Assembly: GCA_965651265.1 (NCBI GenBank)
Contig: CBFGRV010000003.1
Location: 30,472 to 94,471, forward strand
Length of the DNA stretch: 64,000 nucleotides
Direction: 5' to 3'
Source: an uncultured Rhodothermales bacterium
Lineage (GTDB): Bacteria > Bacteroidota > Rhodothermia > Rhodothermales > VXPQ01
The notes under the pieces were generated by a model, which made no database searches, had not been told where the DNA came from, and saw only the letters and a program-made list of their open reading frames with translations. Position 1 is the first letter of the stretch. Each line of letters begins with the position of its first letter. Below are positions 57,164-64,000 of the stretch, in pieces. Made by a program: the position numbers and the translations under genes.

Positions 57164-59281
57164 TCAGCGAATGATGACGAACTTCTTGATGATGCGTTGG
57201 CCGGTCTCCGTATCCGTGATGACGGCAAAGTAGATCCCGCTGGCCACCACCTGTCTCGAGGCCGTCGTATGGTTCCAGAAGGCGTCTCCGCTGCCGTCCG
57301 TATGCACGATCTCATCCACGAGCTCGCCGAGCTCCGTATAGATCTCGATTTTCGCCTGACCCGGGATGTTGAGAAAGCCCAGCTTGTCCGTTTGATCGGG
57401 CCACCGTACCGAAGGCGACGAGCCGAGGTTGAACGGATTGGGCACGATGCGTACATCCGAGAGCGCCTCGCCCGGCGGACGCTTCAGGTTGGCCGGGACA
57501 TAGGTTTGCGTGGCGTAGCGACTGCTGCGGAGCGGCACGCCTGTTGGCGTCCCACCCGTCGCGTCCGTGTTGTTATTCCGGACGGCCACGAGATAGTAGT
57601 AGTAATCGATACCGCGAATCGGCGTCGTGTCGTCGTATTCACGGGCTTCCGGTCCAAGCTCCGCGATCAGCGTGTAGGTGCTGTCGTAGGCATTCTGCGT
57701 CCTGTAGATCTCAAACCCATCAGGTGACCCTTCGGCAGGATACTCCCACGTAAGTTGGATCCGGTCTCCGCCCGAATTCACCTCAAAGATCGACGGCGGT
57801 GGCGGTGCCGAAGGAATGGAAAAGCCCGATTCGAAGTTCGCGATGGCACGGAGGAAGGTCTGATAGAGGGAGTCTCGGCCGGAGAGCGCCCACTCATTCT
57901 TGGTCATCGCGACCACCTGACCGCCCACTTCGTATTCGAGCAGAGCCGTTTCGCTGGCGCCCGAGGCTTTGTACTGGCGCCCGATGGCGTGAGAGGCTTC
58001 ACGGCTGAGGCCGCTCATAGCCTCCGCCATGACTATCCGCACGCTCTCGCCGGGACCCAGCGTGTACGGCCCGTATCCCACCGCGGCCGAAAATCCACCG
58101 GGCGTCCCCAGAGCGGGATCGCCAGATGGATTCACCCACCCATCGAGACCATCTGCCTCCACGACATAGGCATGCGAAGGAAGCTTTCGACCGGACGTCA
58201 TGATGGAGTACTCATTCAGCATCTGCGGCGGATTGAAGGCATCGTTGTTTGACTCGAAGGTTGCATCGGATTCGATCCACGTCGTCGTCGACGGCTGATT
58301 GGGATCGTCGGAATCGTCCGACGCCGAGAGATCCGCATGCAGTGTTACGGCGCCAACCATCTGATAGCCGGCGAGCCGGCCCGTCGTGTCCGTCGACGAG
58401 ATGTACAGGGGTACGGGGAGTGCCGACGGCAGAACGGGGCCGCCGAGGTTGTTGTAGGCGAGGCGAGACTGCGGATAGAAGCCGTGCCAGGCGTACTGTG
58501 CCCTCACGGGCTCACCCGGCTCAGGGAAGTTCTCCTGGTCTCCATCTCCCCAGGTGTCGATCATCGTATTGATGCCCCATCCCGATGCATTCCCCACGAG
58601 GTACCGCGATTCGCGAACCGGTGCCCACCGCCATTGCTTGAAAATCTGGACCCCCTCCAGCGTTTGATCGGGCAATTCGACATCTGCGTCTGCATCGACA
58701 TTCCCGGTGTTCGTGAAGACGTACTCGATGACGTGATAATTGTCGTGGTAGGGCTGCGTGAAGGCATAGACCGTCCGCTCCATGGTGAGGCCAAGCAGGG
58801 TATTGACCCGGTTCACGAGCATGTAGTCCGAGGGGATCGACGGATCGACGCGATCCACGGCCATAGGGGCAAGGCTCTCTGAAAGAAAGCCATCGACGAA
58901 CACGTCGGTCGGCGCCCGCTTCGCGACCAGCTCAAACTCGACAGGGAAGAATTCGCCCGCCCCGGACACGCGAGGTCCGGCGTGAACGACGCGGACATCG
59001 TAGTGGTCGCCGTTGGCATCCGTCACGTTCGTCGCTCCGATCCACAGGCCTTTCCATGCCTGGGCATCCGTGTACTGATAGATGCCGGGCCAGCGCATGC
59101 CGTCCTGCTGGTTGCCGACAAATCCGGAGGACTCGACCTCGGTACCTTGCTCCGAATACCAATTATGAAGCGAACCCCCGGAAATCCACTTCCGGGCAAA
59201 CTGTGCCTCCGCCGTGCCGGCAAGCCCGACGGCCGACGTCAAAAGCACGAATGCAAATGCAAGTAGTCTGGTGCGGTGCAT
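57164..59281 (-). CDS. Secreted hypothetical protein with Fn3-like domain and atypical 'IVPNPF' CTD
   Basis: Signal peptide; GPYTLGPGES; PPPPS...GDRIQLTW...GFEIYR...YYYYLVA; C-terminal IVPNPF...KKFVIIR. Confidence 0.8.
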   Translation of the reverse strand: MHRTRLLAFAFVLLTSAVGLAGTAEAQFARKWISGGSLHNWYSEQGTEVESSGFVGNQQDGMRWPGIYQYTDAQAWKGLWIGATNVTDANGDHYDVRVVHAGPRVSGAGEFFPVEFELVAKRAPTDVFVDGFLSESLAPMAVDRVDPSIPSDYMLVNRVNTLLGLTMERTVYAFTQPYHDNYHVIEYVFTNTGNVDADADVELPDQTLEGVQIFKQWRWAPVRESRYLVGNASGWGINTMIDTWGDGDQENFPEPGEPVRAQYAWHGFYPQSRLAYNNLGGPVLPSALPVPLYISSTDTTGRLAGYQMVGAVTLHADLSASDDSDDPNQPSTTTWIESDATFESNNDAFNPPQMLNEYSIMTSGRKLPSHAYVVEADGLDGWVNPSGDPALGTPGGFSAAVGYGPYTLGPGESVRIVMAEAMSGLSREASHAIGRQYKASGASETALLEYEVGGQVVAMTKNEWALSGRDSLYQTFLRAIANFESGFSIPSAPPPPSIFEVNSGGDRIQLTWEYPAEGSPDGFEIYRTQNAYDSTYTLIAELGPEAREYDDTTPIRGIDYYYYLVAVRNNNTDATGGTPTGVPLRSSRYATQTYVPANLKRPPGEALSDVRIVPNPFNLGSSPSVRWPDQTDKLGFLNIPGQAKIEIYTELGELVDEIVHTDGSGDAFWNHTTASRQVVASGIYFAVITDTETGQRIIKKFVIIR

Positions 59282-59288
59282 GCTCGAT

Positions 59289-62200
59289 CTAGAAGGTGAG
59301 GCGAATGCCGAAATACACGTCGCGCGGATCGAGAAACGTCAGGAATCGCTGGTTGGGCATGTCGATGTACGCCTTCTTGTCGAGGACCTCCTCGACGACA
59401 TTCGGATCGGCGCCCTGCCAGGCCCCCTCTCGATAGACGATGTACTGCTGCGTATCCCGTTCGTAGTAGATAATCTCTTCGCTCGGCGATACCTCCCCGG
59501 CTTCGAACTGGCTGCGCGACACGATGCTCTGCATAGGCTGGAATTCGACGTCGTAATCGCGGTACGCGCCGATCTTGTCCTTGCCCGGGATGTTGTCGTA
59601 GTACTCGGACTCCGGAAGATGGAGCGAGCGCAAATAGGCCGTCTGGTCGTTGGCGTCGACGAAGCCGGCGAACGAAAGGCGCTTGGCGTTGAGGGCATTG
59701 AAGACGTCCACGAAGAACTGTGCGTCGCGGCCGGCGACCGTGAAGTTCTTCGCGAAGCGCAGGTTCAAATTCCAGAAGTCGACGAACTCAACGTTGTTAC
59801 GCACGCCCGGAATACTGCCACCTCCCGTCCACGTGAACTTGGAACCCTGGCGCCACGTCCCGAGAATGCTGAGTCGCCAGTCGCCGAGTGGCTGGAAGTC
59901 GCCCAAGGACGGTCCGAAATCAACAGGCGTCAACAGGTCCAGGTTGAGCCGTGCATACGGGCGAGCGACTGGCTGGGTCAGCGCGGCGCGGCGCGTGGCA
60001 TCGTTGTTGATGAACTGGCGCTGCTGGGTTGGATTCTCGTAATTCTGGCTAAACCCGAAATAGCCGAACGAATCCTGCATATACGTGAAGTTGATGAAGC
60101 CGCGCACCCAGCTTCCCCGATTCCGACTAAACGTGATCTCAAACCCTCGCACGTCCTGGAAACCGTTCGGCTCGTAGGTGCTGTACTCCACCTGGCCGTC
60201 TCTACTCGTGAAGGTCACGAGTCGCGGCTCGTTCGATACGTCCTTGTAGTAACCCGCCACGCGAACGAGGAACTGATCCAGCAGGGAATGCTCGTAGCCC
60301 AACTCGTAGGCGCGGGTTTTTGGCAGCGGATTGTTCGGATCGGCGACTTGCGCCACCTGGCCCGTTGCCGTCCACGTTCGGAACAGGAATAGCGAGTTCG
60401 GATCGGGGATGGATCGGAAATGCCCGTAGTTGAAATACAGCTTCGAGAACGAGGTCACGGGGAACGACACCCCGAGCCTCGGGCTGAGCGTGAACAGATG
60501 CTCGGTTGCTCGCTGTTCGAGGAGCGAATCTCGGAGTGCAGCATTCGCTGCGGCGAAGGCCTCGCTGAAGGGATCGTACTGATACCAGTCCCCTCCGGCG
60601 TTGAAGTAGTCGAGCCGAAGACCCAGATTCGCGATCATCCCCTTGAACTCCAGCTTGCCCTGTCCATAGACGGCCCCGCGAGCGGGCAGCCGATCCCACT
60701 GAGAGACCTGGTTGCTCGTAGGCAGGAAGGCATCGAAGGAGCCGTAGTTGATGCGGCTGTCCGTGAGGTTGATCTCGATGCCGGTCTTCGTCTGGAGGAA
60801 CCGATTTACCTGGCTCGTCAGGTCGCCCTTCAGGTTGTAGACGACCACGCGGCTCGTATCGCGCGCGTTGCTCATGCCCACCCCCATGCGCATGCCGGCC
60901 ACGCCGAACGTCGGCTCGGGGGAGAAGCCGAAGGGCGCCTCGTCGAATCCGACGCTGCCGATCACGACGACCGTCGTCGTATCCCGAAGGGGATTCGGAT
61001 TCGTATCGTAGGCGGAGGCGAATCGCGTGAAGCGCAGCTCGTAGAAGGAGCGATCATTCACAGTGTGGGTGAATTTCGCCCCCAGCATCGACCGGCGGAC
61101 CTCCGTAGGCGCCCAGTAATCTTCGGCGAAGATGCGCGTATCGATGAAGCTAACCTGGGTCATTTCGCCCGCAATGCTCGACGGTGACCGGAAAATCCCC
61201 GGCTGACCTGCGCGGCTCGATGCCGTGCCCGTCTCCCGAGCGATCAACCCCTCTATGCTGAGCTTCATCCCCGGCGCGAGGTCCGACGTGATCTTCAGGT
61301 GGCCGGATCGCTCCTTGTAGCGATCGCGCGAGAGGGGGATGAGGTACATGTCCTGATCCTCCCGGTAGGAGGCGTAGAACCGTGCATTCCCGAGTGGTCT
61401 GCTGAAAAGCGGTAGCGGTCCGCCCAGCCCGACATCCACCGAATAATCCGGATCGACGATCTCAAGCTGCTTCCTGTGTTGCCAGAGGAAGGCCTGTTGG
61501 AGAGCGGCCGGCGTCATGTCGTTCGTTGGATCGTCGTCGCGAAGGCGCTCCTCGGCCAGAGCGATCCATCCTGGAAACTCCGGATACTGCGCGCGCAGCG
61601 CATCCGACCATGGCCCGTTCGCCGTCCCGACGAAGGCTACGTCGGGGTCGACGAAGGGACGGATCCAGTACGAATTCGGGTCGCTGGCCGTCGGGCCGAA
61701 ATGCTTCTGTGCGGGCGGGCTATAGCGGAGGATGACGTCGGCACCGTATCGATCACTCCATCCTTCCTTCGTGACCACGTTTACGATGCCTGAGCGTACG
61801 TTCCCGTACTCGGCATTGAAGCCGCCCGTCTGCACCTGGATCTCGTCGACCGCCGTGATGCTCAGGCCCGTGAACGGCGAGTTGTTTCGCTCATCCCGAA
61901 AGGACAGGCCGTTCACCATGAAGCTGAGCTCATCGGCGCCGCCCCCACGCACCTCCAATCCGAGGATGCCCGCCTGCAGACCTACGGCACCCGAAACACT
62001 CGAGACGGGCAGCCGCTCGATCTCCTCACTGGTTATGTTGGCCAGGCTAGCGGAGACATCCGGCTGAACCACGGGGCGCTCTGCAACAACGACAACTTCC
62101 TCTCCCTCGAGCACCTCTTCCCTCATGGCGATGTCGATGGTTGTCGTCTGATCGATGTTGACGACGACATTCTCGATCACCTGCGTGGCGTATCCGATAT

Positions 62201-62435
62201 ACGAGGCCCGAACGGTATGCGTCCCGGGGGATACGTTGAGAATGACGTAGTAGCCATCCACATCGGTAACGGACCCCTGGGTGGTTCCCTCGATGAGGAC
62301 GTTCACACCGACCAGGGTTTCGCCGCTTTCCGCGTCTGTGATGGTCCCAGCAATCTTTCCCGTTTGGGCAAACGCCACAGGCCCCAAGAGGAGCGAAAGC
62401 CCGAAGATGCAGATCGATTTCTGGTAGAATCTCAT
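59289..62435 (-). CDS. TonB-dependent receptor
   Basis: GKIAGTITD...GVNV, VRGG, GGFNAEYGNVRSGIVNVVTKEG, YFNYGHF and C-terminal PRDVYFGIRLTF. Confidence 0.92.
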   Translation of the reverse strand: MRFYQKSICIFGLSLLLGPVAFAQTGKIAGTITDAESGETLVGVNVLIEGTTQGSVTDVDGYYVILNVSPGTHTVRASYIGYATQVIENVVVNIDQTTTIDIAMREEVLEGEEVVVVAERPVVQPDVSASLANITSEEIERLPVSSVSGAVGLQAGILGLEVRGGGADELSFMVNGLSFRDERNNSPFTGLSITAVDEIQVQTGGFNAEYGNVRSGIVNVVTKEGWSDRYGADVILRYSPPAQKHFGPTASDPNSYWIRPFVDPDVAFVGTANGPWSDALRAQYPEFPGWIALAEERLRDDDPTNDMTPAALQQAFLWQHRKQLEIVDPDYSVDVGLGGPLPLFSRPLGNARFYASYREDQDMYLIPLSRDRYKERSGHLKITSDLAPGMKLSIEGLIARETGTASSRAGQPGIFRSPSSIAGEMTQVSFIDTRIFAEDYWAPTEVRRSMLGAKFTHTVNDRSFYELRFTRFASAYDTNPNPLRDTTTVVVIGSVGFDEAPFGFSPEPTFGVAGMRMGVGMSNARDTSRVVVYNLKGDLTSQVNRFLQTKTGIEINLTDSRINYGSFDAFLPTSNQVSQWDRLPARGAVYGQGKLEFKGMIANLGLRLDYFNAGGDWYQYDPFSEAFAAANAALRDSLLEQRATEHLFTLSPRLGVSFPVTSFSKLYFNYGHFRSIPDPNSLFLFRTWTATGQVAQVADPNNPLPKTRAYELGYEHSLLDQFLVRVAGYYKDVSNEPRLVTFTSRDGQVEYSTYEPNGFQDVRGFEITFSRNRGSWVRGFINFTYMQDSFGYFGFSQNYENPTQQRQFINNDATRRAALTQPVARPYARLNLDLLTPVDFGPSLGDFQPLGDWRLSILGTWRQGSKFTWTGGGSIPGVRNNVEFVDFWNLNLRFAKNFTVAGRDAQFFVDVFNALNAKRLSFAGFVDANDQTAYLRSLHLPESEYYDNIPGKDKIGAYRDYDVEFQPMQSIVSRSQFEAGEVSPSEEIIYYERDTQQYIVYREGAWQGADPNVVEEVLDKKAYIDMPNQRFLTFLDPRDVYFGIRLTF

Positions 62436-62779
62436 GATCGAGGTCGAAACTGGATGACGCCCTCGCCGGGACCTGCCTGGATAGTCGTGCGGGCTCGCAG
62501 CCGACGCCGTCGTGCACTGCATCGAGCGCATCGATGGAAGAGTGCCAGGCTTATGTCAACCGATCAAGGGGAGTCTGGAGGATCGTTCGTACTTACTGGA
62601 GGTTGGAGTTCGCACTGTCGCGCAACGAATAGAAGGGATTCTAAGTAAAGGTCCATCCCGCCGATGCGCAAGGCCATTACGCAGCCTATTGGGTGTATCC
62701 ACATCCGCATTCCTGGTACCGCCGGGGAAACCCCTTTGCGCAAGGCACGTCAGCATCTTTTCTAACGACAAACACCTTC

Positions 62780-64000
62780 ATGCCTGATATCAAACATACG
62801 GCATCCGCGGACGCGGCGCGGGAAGACCATTCGAAGAATCCGCCGCAAGAAGGCAGTTCATCCGATCAGGGAGGCTCGGTCGACAGCGGGCAGCAGCCAC
62901 GGGCCGGCGACGGCGAAGACGCTGCTCGGGGCGCTGGTGCATCGACGGATTCACCCGCCGTTCAGGAATCTCTCCTCGAACGGTACACAGGACACTACCC
63001 CGCCTGGGCGAAGGAGCTCGCGCGCAAGTACTTCACCAAAACCCTCACGCAGTTCATCCTGTACGGAAACGTGCGGGATCTCGTGCGGACGCGCAACGCA
63101 GACGGTCTCCCAACCTATCTGCCGCTCCGCACCTTCCTTACGGAAGACCTCTTCGCCGCCCGCGATGTGGTGGTGTTTTACGATCGTTCCGCCGGCATCC
63201 ATTTTACGGACAAGGAATCACAGGCCGACTTCAACCGCGCGCTGTCCGGATACGACACCATTTTCGGAACTGATTTCGCGAAGAAGCTGCCCAAAGACCC
63301 CGTCCGCGTTTTCTCGGTTCTGGAGAACTATTTCCGCACGCGGCTGGCTGACGGGCGTCGGATCGCTTGCATCATCGATTACGCAGAGACGGTGATCCCG
63401 ATGGCCGAGGCATCCATGTACTCTGCCGAGGACCGAAGCGCACTGGTTTTCCTTCAGAAATGGGCCCACGATCCACTCTTCCTCGCGGGTGATTTTACAC
63501 TGGTATTGATCACCGAGAACCTGACGGATCTCAACCAGCAGCTCGTACAGAGTCCGTATACGGCGGAAATCCAGATTCCCATGCCGGACGAGTCGGCGCG
63601 GGATGCGTTCGCGCGATGGTATGTAAACGATCGGCAGGATGTCTTCGATGCGCACTCCGAGGTGCGCCTGAGCGGTGTAGCGGCGAACACGGCCGGGCTG
63701 GGCTTCATCCAGCTCCGTACGATCCTGGCGGACGTCCTCGAAAATCGAACGCGGCTCAGTTTCGATGTCCTCACCGAGATGAAGAAGGAGTTCATCGAGG
63801 CGGAGGCCTACGGGATGCTGGAGTTCGTGGAGACGGACTTTACGCTCGATATGGTGGCCGGGCATTCCGAGGCGAAGCAGCACCTGCGGCACGCGGCTCA
63901 GGCCCTGAAAGCCGGGCGTCCCGATGTGCTTCCCATGGGCTATCTGGTCAGCGGGCCCGTGGGGACCGGGAAGACCTTTATGATCACGTGCTTCGCGGGC
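62780..64000 (+). CDS. AAA+ family ATPase, 5' part only (runs off the window)
   Basis: Own translation, absent from the ORF track: disordered N-terminus, YPAWAKELARKYFTKTLTQFILYGNVRD, IIDYAE, and LPMGYLVSGPVGTGKT Walker A at the window end; no stop seen. Confidence 0.85.
   Translation, partial: MPDIKHTASADAAREDHSKNPPQEGSSSDQGGSVDSGQQPRAGDGEDAARGAGASTDSPAVQESLLERYTGHYPAWAKELARKYFTKTLTQFILYGNVRDLVRTRNADGLPTYLPLRTFLTEDLFAARDVVVFYDRSAGIHFTDKESQADFNRALSGYDTIFGTDFAKKLPKDPVRVFSVLENYFRTRLADGRRIACIIDYAETVIPMAEASMYSAEDRSALVFLQKWAHDPLFLAGDFTLVLITENLTDLNQQLVQSPYTAEIQIPMPDESARDAFARWYVNDRQDVFDAHSEVRLSGVAANTAGLGFIQLRTILADVLENRTRLSFDVLTEMKKEFIEAEAYGMLEFVETDFTLDMVAGHSEAKQHLRHAAQALKAGRPDVLPMGYLVSGPVGTGKTFMITCFAG

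Overview
High-GC bacterial chromosomal DNA. Many type IX secretion (T9SS)-type C-terminal tails, PorV-family barrels, TonB-dependent receptors and a class I FbaB aldolase point to the FCB group, probably Rhodothermales (inference, no search run). From left to right: (1) an EamA transporter and a cyclophilin; (2) a PVC-type operon (Tat oxidoreductase, degenerate SGNH protein, heme-c/HEAT dehydrogenase-like protein, phosphodiesterase); (3) an L-domain T9SS protein, YciI, a sugar porter, a CopB-type ATPase and tRNA-Arg(ACG); (4) thiO-thiS-thiG-thiE-thiD; (5) a 12 kb co-oriented minus-strand cluster of Ser/Thr kinase-WD40-TM-SPOR, a CARF/RtcR-like sigma54 activator, MltD-LysM, an FhaA-like protein, a 36-aa membrane peptide, a fused RodA-PBP and a Swt1-like HEPN-FHA protein, ending on a truncated FAD-oxidoreductase remnant; (6) fbaB and a run of T9SS cargo genes; (7) two convergent SusD-less cassettes of TonB receptor + atypical-CTD protein + dedicated PorV; (8) a partial AAA+ ATPase. 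The best candidates for undescribed systems are the kinase/CARF/HEPN/cell-wall cluster (23.3-35.6 kb) and the receptor-cargo-PorV triads (45.3-62.4 kb). No IS element, prophage, CRISPR array or rRNA was seen. All domain calls come from reading motifs by eye.
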